DNA of 64,000 bases, taken from Dehalococcoidia bacterium. Its GTDB lineage: Bacteria; Chloroflexota; Dehalococcoidia; Lucifugimonadales; Australimonadaceae. The stretch is from positions 1,182,643 to 1,246,642 of the forward strand of contig CBDFJL010000003.1 in NCBI GenBank assembly GCA_965248495.1. Reading direction: 5' to 3'. Of the stretch, positions 20,817 to 29,693 are shown piece after piece. The position numbers and the translations under genes are program-made. Positions within the stretch are counted from its first letter, which is position 1. Each line of letters starts with the position of its first letter. The notes under the pieces are model-generated. The model was not told the origin of the DNA, did no database searches, and saw only the letters and a program-made list of their open reading frames with translations.

Positions 20817-22190
20817 TCATAGGCTCCACGAGATGACGCCCGGGGTGTCCTTGTAGGGTGACCCCAAGACGCCCTTGACATCAACCAGCACTCCAGGGGT
20901 GTGGTCCGATTGGACCAAACTGACAATGCGCTCCAGGCTCACCGGGGTCTGGAAGTCAGCGTGCGCGACTGCCACCACCACCGCGTCATATGAGACGGAC
21001 TTAGAAGCAGCCGTGAATGGATCCTTTCCCGGCGTGACTCCGATACGGAGGAGAGCTTCGTCGTCCACCAACGGGTCGAACACGGACACGTTGCATCCGA
21101 AGCTGCAGAGCTCTTGGCTGAGGTCGGAGATCTTGGTGTTCCGGAGGTCGGGCACGTTCTCCTTGAACGTCGCGCCGAGCACGAGCACGTCGGCGCCGCG
21201 AACAGGTCGTTGAGCGCGAGTGAGCAGCCTGACCGTCTCATGGGCAACGTAGGCGCCCATCGACTCGTTGACCCGACGTCCGGCCAGGATCATCTCTGGA
21301 TGGAAACCGACCTGAGCGGCTCTGTACGTCAAGTAGTAAGGATCGACTGGAATGCAGTGACCACCGACGAGGCCGGGTTTGAACGGAAGAGCGTTCCATT
21401 TGGTGCCGGTCGCATCTAGAACTGCCTTGGTTTCGATATCCAGTCGGTGGAAAAGGATAGCAAGCTCGTTCATGAGCGCAATATTGAGGTCGCGCTGCAC
21501 GTTTTCAACGACCTTGGCCGCCTCGGCGGTCCTGATGTTCGGCGCTTTGTGCAGCCCGGCCAACGCGACCCGGCCGTAGACGGTCTCGACCGCCGCCAAT
21601 GTCACCTCGTCACAGGCGGAGATGATCTTGATGACCTTGTCGATGGTGTGGTCGCGGTCGCCTGGATCGATTCGCTCAGGCGAGTACCCCACCGCGAAAC
21701 CCTCGCGGAACCGCAGCCCGGATACTGACTCCAGCATCGGGATGCACACCTCTTCTGTGCATCCCGGGTAGACGGTCGATTCGAAGACCACGATGGGCAT
21801 GCTGTCGTCTGGCAGGCGCGCCGGCCGCGCAGCAAGAGCATCTCCGATGAGCCGACAGGCCTGCAGTAGCGGACCATGGTCAGGCTGCAGTGCCTCGGTG
21901 ACCGGAGTTGGCACCGTCACGATAAAAAAATCAACCTTGCTCAGGTCCTTAGCGTCACCGCTGAACCGGAGACTGGTCGCGGCCAAGACGGACTTGGAGA
22001 CCTGGGCGTTGCGATCATGGCTCAAGGCCAGGTCGTCGATCCGTGCGTGGTCGGTATCGAACCCCAGGGTCATGAAATGCTCCGCAAGGGCCAGCGCTAA
22101 GGGTAGCCCCACATAGCCCAAACCCAAAACGGCGACTGTGGGGGAGTAGGTATCGGCCATGGTGGACATTACACGGGAAGAGGCAAACAC
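20817..22190 (-). CDS. nucleotide-sugar 6-dehydrogenase (UDP-GlcNAc/ManNAc dehydrogenase, TviB/WbpO-like)
   Basis: 457-aa ORF; VAVLGLGYVGLPLALALA dinucleotide fold, GGHCIPVDP catalytic-Cys block; exact start uncertain. Confidence 0.85.
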   Translation of the reverse strand: MFASSRVMSTMADTYSPTVAVLGLGYVGLPLALALAEHFMTLGFDTDHARIDDLALSHDRNAQVSKSVLAATSLRFSGDAKDLSKVDFFIVTVPTPVTEALQPDHGPLLQACRLIGDALAARPARLPDDSMPIVVFESTVYPGCTEEVCIPMLESVSGLRFREGFAVGYSPERIDPGDRDHTIDKVIKIISACDEVTLAAVETVYGRVALAGLHKAPNIRTAEAAKVVENVQRDLNIALMNELAILFHRLDIETKAVLDATGTKWNALPFKPGLVGGHCIPVDPYYLTYRAAQVGFHPEMILAGRRVNESMGAYVAHETVRLLTRAQRPVRGADVLVLGATFKENVPDLRNTKISDLSQELCSFGCNVSVFDPLVDDEALLRIGVTPGKDPFTAASKSVSYDAVVVAVAHADFQTPVSLERIVSLVQSDHTPGVLVDVKGVLGSPYKDTPGVISWSL

Positions 22191-22359
22191 AGCGGCCTAG
22201 GCCACGACTCCGTTCGCGACGTTCGCAGACCGTTGCCCGCCAGGTGTCGTAGACCCATGTCTATGCCGCTCAGTATAGTGCTGGAGCGCAGGTAATACAG
22301 CCTCCCTGTCTTGTGGTGCTCCTCGGGCAGCGATTAGGATTCGGGCAGCATTCCACCGA

Positions 22360-22977
22360 ATGGAGAATCAAGCCTACAAAAGACCCTTCGACCTCACGGT
22401 GCTGCTCGCCGCGCATGTGTTCCTCTTGCCGATTTGGCTCACGCTTTGGACGATCATTCCGGTGCTGATATGGCTCGATGATGGGCGCCCTGTGTTGTTC
22501 AGACAGACCAGAGTGGGGAAGGCGGGGAGACGCTTCGAGGTCTTGAAGTTCCGTACCATGAAACCCGGCCCCGCCGACGAGGTACATCTCGGAAACGTGA
22601 CCAACGATCCGCGGGTGACACGACTGGGCAGGGTGCTCCGCAGAGTCGCACTGGACGAGCTCCCTCAACTGTTGAGCGTTCTCAAGGGTGACATGAGCCT
22701 TGTAGGCCCCCGGCCCCTCCCGGTCGAAGAGTATGTGCATTGGGCTGGCTTGCTGCCAGGCTTTGAGCGACGGCAGGCCGTGACGCCTGGCTTTACCGGC
22801 CTCGCCCAGGTTCACAACATTAACGACGAGCCATCGGCGAAACTACGATATGACCTCGAATACATTGAGCGCGCCGGACCGCTGCTCGACCTGCAACTGC
22901 TGGCCCACTCGGTCGTGAACACTGGCCTGGCACGATGGGACCAGCGCTCCGGCAAGTCGACCGACGAGCTGAACTAA
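22360..22977 (+). CDS. undecaprenyl-phosphate sugar phosphotransferase (small bacterial sugar transferase, PglC/WbaP-C-like)
   Basis: 205-aa ORF; one N-terminal TM, FRQTRVGK, KFRTM, DELPQL..VLKGDMSLVGPRP hallmark motifs. Confidence 0.85.
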   Translation: MENQAYKRPFDLTVLLAAHVFLLPIWLTLWTIIPVLIWLDDGRPVLFRQTRVGKAGRRFEVLKFRTMKPGPADEVHLGNVTNDPRVTRLGRVLRRVALDELPQLLSVLKGDMSLVGPRPLPVEEYVHWAGLLPGFERRQAVTPGFTGLAQVHNINDEPSAKLRYDLEYIERAGPLLDLQLLAHSVVNTGLARWDQRSGKSTDELN

Positions 22978-23007
22978 CCCTCTTCCCCGGCACCGGACCA
23001 ACGCCTC

Positions 23008-24336
23008 GTGTTACGGGAACAAGGCAGAAACACCGTGACCATAGGTAACAATCAGTCCGCCGGCATCCCAAGTCTGCTCGTCGAATACTTGAGGGCCATC
23101 CGCAGCTGGTGGTATGTGGCCGTAGCCGTCTTCATCGTCACGACGGCCGCCACGGCGTTCTACGCATTCAATCGCGGAGACGTGTTCGAGACCACCACAA
23201 GTCTGCTCATCGTGAGTCCCGTTTCCGAGAGGGCCCAGGGGTCGAGCGCTACGCAGCCCTTCAGTTCGGTGCTGGGCACTCCCATAACCCCGAAAGAGCT
23301 GCAAGTCCTCGCGAGCGCACCCGATTTGTTGGAGACCGTGATCGACCGGTTGCAGCTAACGAGCGGCGACGGTGAGCTGCTGTCTGTGGATGAGCTGCAA
23401 TCACGAATGGTGCCCCCCATCGAAGAGGACTTGCCGGTACTAAGGATGACCGTAAGCGGTGCCGACCCGAACGATATCCAACGCACCGCTGACACTTGGG
23501 CCACCGCGTTCATCGAACGGAATAGCGAATTGTTCACCAGTGAAGCAGGCAGAGTCTTCGAATTCGCCTCAACCCAATACGATTCGATGCTCGCCGCCTT
23601 GCGCCTTGCGGAGGACCAACGAGTACTTCTCACCGTCGAAGGGTCGCCGACGACCCTCCGCGCCGAACTCAACGCCATGCAAGACACGTTTAGGACCTTC
23701 CTCGAGCGAGATGAAGAGGGCAGGGCCTTGCTTGTGACGGTGCGTGCCAGGCTGGACAGCCTCCGAGCCGCCGTGGCCGCTGAACCGCCGGTAATCTCCC
23801 TGGAGCGTGGGGTAGACCTGGACACGGTTGTTCAGGTGGTGGCCGGGAGTGCCACGGCCGACGTGATCCAGCTGCTGGATGCGTTGACCCTCTCGGCCGA
23901 AGAACCCAACCCGGTCTACCTAGACTTGCGCCGGCAACTCCTTGATCTCCAAACCGGCTCCGCTGGGCTCGAACAGGACATTCTGTACTTGGACACGAGG
24001 ATTGCCGAGCTCGCAATTGCCATCGAGACCAAGGGTACGGAGCTCGCTGATTTCGAACTCGCGGACTCCCGGTTAAGGCAGGAAGTTTCTCGGCTGAACG
24101 CCGGACTCGACCGGGTCGCAGACCGCCGGGACGAGACGCTCCTGATCTCGGAGGGGGAGGCAGGCGCCATCCAGGTCTTGCAGGGGGCCATCGTCCCTTC
24201 GAGCGCCACCTCCCCGAACAGACTTCAGATCCTCGTCCTCGGAGCCGTCGGCGGCTTGCTGCTCGGCATCCTCGTGGCCATTCTCCTTTCCTATTGGCGG
24301 GCGCTGGATGCCCCTCCGCCCGCTCGCAGAGATTGA
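23008..24336 (+). CDS. polysaccharide co-polymerase / chain-length determinant (Wzz-like), no kinase domain
   Basis: 442-aa ORF; TM helices at both ends flank a long helical, coiled-coil-like region; GTG start. Confidence 0.65.
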   Translation: MLREQGRNTVTIGNNQSAGIPSLLVEYLRAIRSWWYVAVAVFIVTTAATAFYAFNRGDVFETTTSLLIVSPVSERAQGSSATQPFSSVLGTPITPKELQVLASAPDLLETVIDRLQLTSGDGELLSVDELQSRMVPPIEEDLPVLRMTVSGADPNDIQRTADTWATAFIERNSELFTSEAGRVFEFASTQYDSMLAALRLAEDQRVLLTVEGSPTTLRAELNAMQDTFRTFLERDEEGRALLVTVRARLDSLRAAVAAEPPVISLERGVDLDTVVQVVAGSATADVIQLLDALTLSAEEPNPVYLDLRRQLLDLQTGSAGLEQDILYLDTRIAELAIAIETKGTELADFELADSRLRQEVSRLNAGLDRVADRRDETLLISEGEAGAIQVLQGAIVPSSATSPNRLQILVLGAVGGLLLGILVAILLSYWRALDAPPPARRD

Positions 24337-24431
24337 CCTTGGCATTGTTCGCCTCTGGCAACCGACGGCAGAGACGAGGCGCGGCCCGTACCCTCGCTGC
24401 TGGCGAACGCTCATCGCCGGAGGCCAGGCTT

Positions 24432-26603
24432 ATGGAGGCACTGTGGCTTGCCGCGGTCTTCTTGGTCCCGCTGGCCTTCCTGCCTGAAGACTCGGTTATA
24501 TCCCCATTCAGGATCGTCAAGATCACGCTGCTTCGCGTGTTCGTCGGAGGCATAGCCATTGGGTGGCTGGTGGAGTTCGTGCGCGCCGCTCGGCCGGTTC
24601 GTTTGCCACTGACAGGGGCTGAGTTTCGAGGTTGGCTTCAAAGGTCCCCGACACACTGGCTCCTGCTCGCCGTGGCCCTGTATGGCCTGGTCACACTCGT
24701 CGCAACCCTCACCTCGCTGTCCTTCCGAACGAGCCTCTGGGGGAAGCTCCCCGGCGACGAGGGCTACAGCCTGTACACGAGCACTGCCTACTTCGTCCTG
24801 TTCTTCGCGATCGCGACCCACGTGCGGACGAGGCCTCAACTTTTGCGGCTCCTGGGCGTGGTAGCCGCGGCGGGGTCGCTATCGGGGCTCTACGGAGTTC
24901 TCCAGTACAACGGGCTCGATCCGTTCGACTGGCCGTTGATAGATGGCCGGATCGTTTCGACCTCGGGCAACCCCATATTCGCCGGCTCGATCTTCGTTCT
25001 GACTATCCCAGTAACGTTGGCGCTGGGGCTCGTGGCAACTATGGGCCGCCGACGCGCACAGGCGATCGCGTGGGCCACCGGGGCCGCGCTTCAAGGAACG
25101 GCTCTGTTTCTGACCGCAAGCCGGGGTCCGCTCATCGGAGCGGCGGTCGCCTTCGTAGTGTTATTGCCGCTGACCTGGCGCGCTTGGTTTGCCGGTCGCG
25201 TCAGGGCTCGGACGCAGGCGTTGGTTGCGGTAGCACTCGTCGCCGCATTGTCCGTCGGAGGCCTCGCGGCCGCGCAGACGCAGGCCGGTGGAGTGGTGGT
25301 CCAACGGTTCGAGCAGGGCGCGGCGTTCGTCCAGGGAGGCTTCGCGGGCTCGAGCGGCGTTCAGCGCCGACACCTGTTGGAGGGCAGCCTGACTCTCATT
25401 GCCGAGCGGCCCACGCCGGATTTCGCCGACGACAAGCTCGAGTTCCTGCGGCCGCTGGTCGGGTACGGGCCTGACACCTTCGAGTCCGTGTTCCCCCTAG
25501 GTGCGCCAGAGTCGACGACTTTCGACCTCGGGACGCTGTTCACCTACGCGCACAACCATGTCCTCCACGAGACGATCGAGCTCGGCGGGCTGGGAGGTCT
25601 GGCCCTGTTGTTCCTGTTTGGCGCGGCGGTGTTCGCAGGTGCCGTGCTATACCAGCAGCGCGGGCCACCGGGCATCGGAATAGGGTTGCTCCTCGCGGGG
25701 CTGCTGGCGGCCGTGGCCGGTCGATTCGCTGAACAACTCTTCGGAATCCCACGAGTCGGCGACCTCACGCTCCTGTGGGCCCTGCTTGGGGCCCTCGCCG
25801 CGGTACCTCACGTTCTTGCGGTTGTCCCGGACGGGGCAGTGACGCCCCGCCAGCCGTGGGCAGCCCCCTGGACCTCGAGGAGCGCTCGGTCGGCCGCCGC
25901 TGGTGTTGCCATTGTCGCGGTCGTGCTGGTGACCTGGACGCAGTCCGTCAACCAGATCAGGGCATCGTCCCTCGCCGCGAGTAGCATCGACGCCACTGCA
26001 GACGGACGCCTCGACGACGGGCTAGCGCTCATCGACCGGGCCATCTCCTTGGCACCGGATGTGCGCATTTTCCACCAGGAGAGGGGCACGCTGTTCGGGG
26101 CCAGTTCAGAGAACACACAGGATGAGGCCGCGAGACTGAGGTTTGCCGAGCTCGCCTATGCGGCTGATCTTGAAGCGGTCGACCTACAGCCGCTCTCCTA
26201 CCAGGGGACGGTCGCGGCTGGACAAGCAGCTCTACGTTTGGCAAGGCTGGGCGACGTATTGGCCAGGCTCGAGGGTGTCGGCCTCTACACCCGCCTCACT
26301 CAGCTGCGCCCGGACACCTACGAGGCTTTCGACGCCGCCGCCGCCGCTTTCTTGGAGCTCGGGCGCGCCGACCTCGCGCGAGCGGCGGCTACCGATTCGC
26401 TCAGCAAGCCACGACTCCGGGACAGCGAGCGGTCTCGTGCCTACTTGCTTCGGGCCCTCGCGGAGGCGGAGCTTGGCGATGCCCTAGCAAGCGTAGAGGG
26501 CGCTGCCACCGCGCTGCGCCTGGGCGGGCTCAATGACATCGAGACTGACGCGGCGAACCAGATCGTCGCAGACACCGACGCGGCCGAGGCCAGCATCGAC
26601 TAG
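24432..26603 (+). CDS. O-antigen ligase/polymerase-like membrane protein with C-terminal TPR-like repeats
   Basis: ORF 24294..26603, start set to MEALWLAAVF (24432); polytopic; TASRGPLIGAAVAF Wzy_C-like segment; Ala/Leu-rich helical repeat tail. Confidence 0.7.
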   Translation: MEALWLAAVFLVPLAFLPEDSVISPFRIVKITLLRVFVGGIAIGWLVEFVRAARPVRLPLTGAEFRGWLQRSPTHWLLLAVALYGLVTLVATLTSLSFRTSLWGKLPGDEGYSLYTSTAYFVLFFAIATHVRTRPQLLRLLGVVAAAGSLSGLYGVLQYNGLDPFDWPLIDGRIVSTSGNPIFAGSIFVLTIPVTLALGLVATMGRRRAQAIAWATGAALQGTALFLTASRGPLIGAAVAFVVLLPLTWRAWFAGRVRARTQALVAVALVAALSVGGLAAAQTQAGGVVVQRFEQGAAFVQGGFAGSSGVQRRHLLEGSLTLIAERPTPDFADDKLEFLRPLVGYGPDTFESVFPLGAPESTTFDLGTLFTYAHNHVLHETIELGGLGGLALLFLFGAAVFAGAVLYQQRGPPGIGIGLLLAGLLAAVAGRFAEQLFGIPRVGDLTLLWALLGALAAVPHVLAVVPDGAVTPRQPWAAPWTSRSARSAAAGVAIVAVVLVTWTQSVNQIRASSLAASSIDATADGRLDDGLALIDRAISLAPDVRIFHQERGTLFGASSENTQDEAARLRFAELAYAADLEAVDLQPLSYQGTVAAGQAALRLARLGDVLARLEGVGLYTRLTQLRPDTYEAFDAAAAAFLELGRADLARAAATDSLSKPRLRDSERSRAYLLRALAEAELGDALASVEGAATALRLGGLNDIETDAANQIVADTDAAEASID

Positions 26604-26674
26604 CTGGAGGGCTCCTCTATCATGGCCGGACCGTCCTTTACAGCACCGTGGCCAAGCGCTGACAATGAGCGCAA

Positions 26675-26718
26675 GGGCGGATAGCTCAGTCGGTTAGAGC
26701 GCCTGCTTCACACGCAGG
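26675..26718 (+). repeat. attL: orphan 5-prime half (positions 1-44) of tRNA-Val(CAC)
   Basis: 44/44 identity to 35500-35543; identity ends right after the anticodon stem. Confidence 0.9.
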
Positions 26719-26894
26719 CGCCCTGCTTCCCCCGCCCGCAATCTCGCCGGTAGCGAACCTGCACCGCGCCTCGATGTTACAGCCCGGACCCGACCTGCGG
26801 TTTCGTAAGCCGCTGTTCTGCCACTCATGTAGGAAGCGCACGCACGCGCGGGTCGCGCGAGGGCGAATTAGGCCATGACCTGCGCAGCTCTGGG

Positions 26895-26925
26895 TTGACT
26901 CGCTTCGATTGCCTCATGGTTGAAT
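26895..26925 (+). promoter_or_regulatory. candidate promoter P1 of the element (TTGACT-N19-TTGAAT)
   Basis: Shares TTGAC-N-GCTTCGATTG-N-CTC-N-TG with a second site at 28743. Confidence 0.4.
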
Positions 26926-27133
26926 GACGGCGGGGCGCGGTGCATCTTCCATCGGAGGTGCGCTCGATGCGCCTACTCGCCCTTCTCCCGCTGCCGCCTC
27001 ACCTGCGAAGGCTAGTCCCGCTTCTGCCGCTCGCCGTTGCTCTCGGCGCGAGCTGGTGGGCCTTGGCAACCCAACTCAGCCGTGCCGTCAACATCACCGC
27101 GGATGCTCTCGACCTTCTGCGGCAGGTGCGCAC

Positions 27134-27430
27134 ATGGGGCACCTAGACCCGCTGCCCAGCCGCTACGTCCCTCGCCGGAAGCTCGCCACCGTGGAAAGCT
27201 CGGCGGCGATGTGGTCGTGTTACAGGTGCGGAGGATTCGCCTACACGCGTGTCTCGGCCATCGAAGCCGTGCCGGAGGGCCACTGCGTCCAGCTCGGATG
27301 CCCGGACCCGCAATGCCGGGCGCCCAACGTCTTTCTGCGCGTCCCGGCGCCCGACTACCTCGCCGACGCCGACGAGTACACCGACCCGGCCGGGCGTTGG
27401 TTCGGCAAGCTGCAAGGGACGCTCGGATGA
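27134..27430 (+). CDS. small Cys-rich (zinc-ribbon-like) protein, 98 aa
   Basis: Internal ATG of ORF 26924..27430; CYRCGG and CPDPQC pairs; ATGA overlap with the next gene. Confidence 0.5.
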   Translation: MGHLDPLPSRYVPRRKLATVESSAAMWSCYRCGGFAYTRVSAIEAVPEGHCVQLGCPDPQCRAPNVFLRVPAPDYLADADEYTDPAGRWFGKLQGTLG

Positions 27431-27627
27431 CCGGCGCGAAGGTCCCCCACCCTAGCGGCGTCGCGGTCCTCTGCCCCAAGTGCCAGACCGGCCTTGTTAC
27501 ACGCTTCAAGAACTTCCGCCACTGCGGGCGCCGGTGGCCGACCGACGAGCACCGGGCGGGCAAAGGGGCTGAACCGGTGGCGACTCAGCAGCATGCGCAG
27601 CTCGGCACCCTGGAGGTGAAGTGGTGA
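27427..27627 (+). CDS. small zinc-ribbon-like protein, 66 aa
   Basis: CPKC...HCGRRW; stop/start overlaps on both sides. Confidence 0.5.
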   Translation: MTGAKVPHPSGVAVLCPKCQTGLVTRFKNFRHCGRRWPTDEHRAGKGAEPVATQQHAQLGTLEVKW

Positions 27628-28169
27628 CCACGACCGGGCGCCGCATCTTCGTGGACGAGGTGGACGCACCTGCGCAGGAGCCGGACGGCGCGGGGCAGGC
27701 CCCGCCCAAGCCGCCGCCCGCTGCTGCCTCACCTGCTCAGCCTGGCGGGGACGAGGGCCTGAAGGACCTCATCTCCATCGGCAACCTCATCGACAAGGGG
27801 CTCGACCACCTGCGCGGTGTGGCCCGCAGCCCCGCCGAGCGCGAGGGCCTGCGCTACCTCGTCGATGCGCTGGTGCGCGGACGCGAGCCCAAAGAACCAT
27901 CACCCGCAGCCAAGCAAGAGGAGCAAGCCGTGGAAGACAAGACAGCCGAAGCGACGAAGGCCGAATCCAAGGCGATGCGCGCCAGCATCGACACCTCGAA
28001 GCTCATGGCCGAGCTGGAGGGCGGTATCGGGCTGCTGGTGCAAATCTACGGCAACGAGCCCATCAGTTCGCTTCCCGGTCGCCTCACGGACAACCGCGCG
28101 GCGGTAGAGAAGGCGCTGGGGGACGCGCTGAAAAAGGCCATCGTGTACGAGGCGGTCGATGGAAGCTGA
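27621..28169 (+). CDS. hypothetical protein, 182 aa (Pro/Ala-rich N-terminus, helical charged C-terminal part)
   Basis: GTG start overlapping the upstream stop (GTGGTGA); coupled to the ATPase gene. Confidence 0.55.
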   Translation: MVTTTGRRIFVDEVDAPAQEPDGAGQAPPKPPPAAASPAQPGGDEGLKDLISIGNLIDKGLDHLRGVARSPAEREGLRYLVDALVRGREPKEPSPAAKQEEQAVEDKTAEATKAESKAMRASIDTSKLMAELEGGIGLLVQIYGNEPISSLPGRLTDNRAAVEKALGDALKKAIVYEAVDGS

Positions 28170-28746
28170 CCTCGCGGGCAAGGGGACCGTGCTCTCTGGC
28201 CTGCGCGGGTCGGGCAAGACCAACGCCGCACGCGCCATCGCGCTTGCGGACCCGGAGCATGTGCTGGTCTATGACCCCATGGACCAGTACCCGGAGTTCG
28301 ACCGCATCATTCCGAAGTGCGCTGACTACCCGGAGGCGGCGGACGAGCTGGCACGCATCCTCGAACGGGACGTGAAGCTGTGGGACGGCAACCCCAACGG
28401 CTACCGGCTGTTGGTCGTGGATGAGGCGCACCGCGTCGTGCCCACCCAACTCAAACTCCACCGGGGCCTCGCCCGGCTGAACCACGAGCACCGGCACATA
28501 CCGCTGGCCATCATCTGGGTCAGCCGCCGCCCGCGCGAGCTGCACCCGGAGATCGTCAACCTTGCTGACCATCTCCTGATATGGCGCCTGCCCGGCGCGA
28601 CCGACTCGCGCTTCCTCGAAGATACGGCACGGGGTCTGTCGGGCGCCGTCGCTGGGCTGGGCCGCTTCGAGTTCGTGTACGTGGACCAGGACCGACAGTT
28701 TGAGCGCATGGCACCCTTCGCCGATGTGTCGCCCAAGGGGGGTTGA
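28159..28746 (+). CDS. small P-loop ATPase, FtsK/HerA-like (candidate genome-packaging or DNA-translocating ATPase)
   Basis: 195 aa; Walker A GLRGSGKT (aa 14-21), Walker B LLVVDEAH (aa 84-91), then RHIPLAIIWVSRRPRELHPEI segment. Confidence 0.7.
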   Translation: MEADLAGKGTVLSGLRGSGKTNAARAIALADPEHVLVYDPMDQYPEFDRIIPKCADYPEAADELARILERDVKLWDGNPNGYRLLVVDEAHRVVPTQLKLHRGLARLNHEHRHIPLAIIWVSRRPRELHPEIVNLADHLLIWRLPGATDSRFLEDTARGLSGAVAGLGRFEFVYVDQDRQFERMAPFADVSPKGG

Positions 28747-28773
28747 CAGGCTTCGATTGGCTCGTGCTAGCGT
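28743..28773 (+). promoter_or_regulatory. candidate promoter P2 of the element (TTGACA-N19-TAGCGT)
   Basis: Same core as P1 (GCTTCGATTG between the hexamers); overlaps the ATPase stop. Confidence 0.45.
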
Positions 28774-28785
28774 GGTTCCGACGTA

Positions 28786-28823
28786 CCGGGGCGCGGGGTA
28801 AACACCGCGCCCCGGTTGCTTTT
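28786..28823 (+). terminator. GC-rich hairpin plus T-tract in the leader of the downstream operon
   Basis: Perfect 11-bp stem CCGGGGCGCGG / CCGCGCCCCGG, 8-nt loop, then TTGCTTTT. Confidence 0.55.
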
Positions 28824-28861
28824 CCCCCGCGCCTCGGTCGCCTACTTCAGGAGGTGACGGC

Positions 28862-29119
28862 GTGCCCGACATAGACCTCACACCCGGTAAGTCGCGCTTC
28901 AAGGAAGCCTGGAGCGGCCTCTGGCGTGGCTTCGTGGCTGGCAACATCTCCGGCCTCGGCATGGCCTTCGCAGGTGCCCCCGTGGGCGGCACCGCTGGTG
29001 GCCTTGTCGCGTCCGCCGTGTTCGGCGGGGCCGAGGGCAAAATCATCGCCGTTCACCACGGCATCGAAATCGGACAAATCCTGTGGCTCACCATCACGGG
29101 CCAGGAAGAGGAGGCGTAG
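28862..29119 (+). CDS. small glycine-rich membrane protein, 85 aa
   Basis: GTG start 8 nt after AGGAGG; GLGMAFAGAPVGGTAGGLVASAVFGG hydrophobic segment. Confidence 0.6.
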   Translation: MPDIDLTPGKSRFKEAWSGLWRGFVAGNISGLGMAFAGAPVGGTAGGLVASAVFGGAEGKIIAVHHGIEIGQILWLTITGQEEEA

Positions 29120-29121
29120 CC

Positions 29122-29682
29122 ATGGTCATGGGTCTACTGAACGGAGCAGGGCTTGGCCGGAAGGTCAAGACCACCCTTGGAACCACCGTGCGGCGTCCCG
29201 CGCGAGGGTCCGCCCCCAACGTCACCATCTTTCCCATGCTGATGGAGATTGGCGGCACCGGGATTACCTTCCGCGCCGTGTCGCTGGTCAACGGCGACTT
29301 CAACCTCGTCGTGTACTACACGGTCCAGGCCCAAGAGGAAGCGGCCTGGGGCGTCGGAGAGGCCGGCCTTCCCGACAACCAGGGCTACGCCTACTTCCAG
29401 CTTCAGACGACGGCCCCCGCCGCCATCGACGGCCCCACACGCTTCGTCATCGAGGACGCCCACGGGGCGACCGTCGACGGAGGCGTGTACCGCGAGGACG
29501 GGAGCACGCGGCTGGACGGCTCCGCCGCCGACAGGCGGCTCCAGCAGCCCTTCCCGCGCAAGGACGTGTGGGCGACTGAGGATTCGCGTCTCGCGGTCCG
29601 CATCAACCCCACGGCCACCGCGACCGTCACGTCAGCCGACTCCACCGTGCAGCTCCCCGTGAGCCTGCGACACCCGTCCTAG
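29122..29682 (+). CDS. hypothetical beta-rich protein, 186 aa (candidate structural/capsid protein)
   Basis: ATG in the TAGCCATGG junction preceded by GAGGAGG; alternating hydrophobic pattern suggests beta strands. Confidence 0.6.
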   Translation: MVMGLLNGAGLGRKVKTTLGTTVRRPARGSAPNVTIFPMLMEIGGTGITFRAVSLVNGDFNLVVYYTVQAQEEAAWGVGEAGLPDNQGYAYFQLQTTAPAAIDGPTRFVIEDAHGATVDGGVYREDGSTRLDGSAADRRLQQPFPRKDVWATEDSRLAVRINPTATATVTSADSTVQLPVSLRHPS

Positions 29683-29693
29683 GGAGGCCAGCA

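Noticed and set aside
24294-24431. Upstream start of the ligase-like ORF, and likewise 26924 for the first element gene and 35440 for the triple-HTH gene
   Set aside because: The N-terminal extensions are low-complexity Arg/Ala/Ser/Pro sequence overlapping neighbouring genes or non-coding DNA. Internal starts give sensible N-termini, and an RBS where visible.
23690-24559. 289-aa minus-strand ORF across the Wzz-like and ligase-like genes
   Set aside because: Antisense shadow with low-complexity Arg/Pro/Ser-rich sequence.
28084-29046. 320-aa minus-strand ORF inside the element
   Set aside because: It is antisense to the ATPase gene (clear Walker motifs on the plus strand) and to the coupled downstream genes. 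It has no motif of its own.
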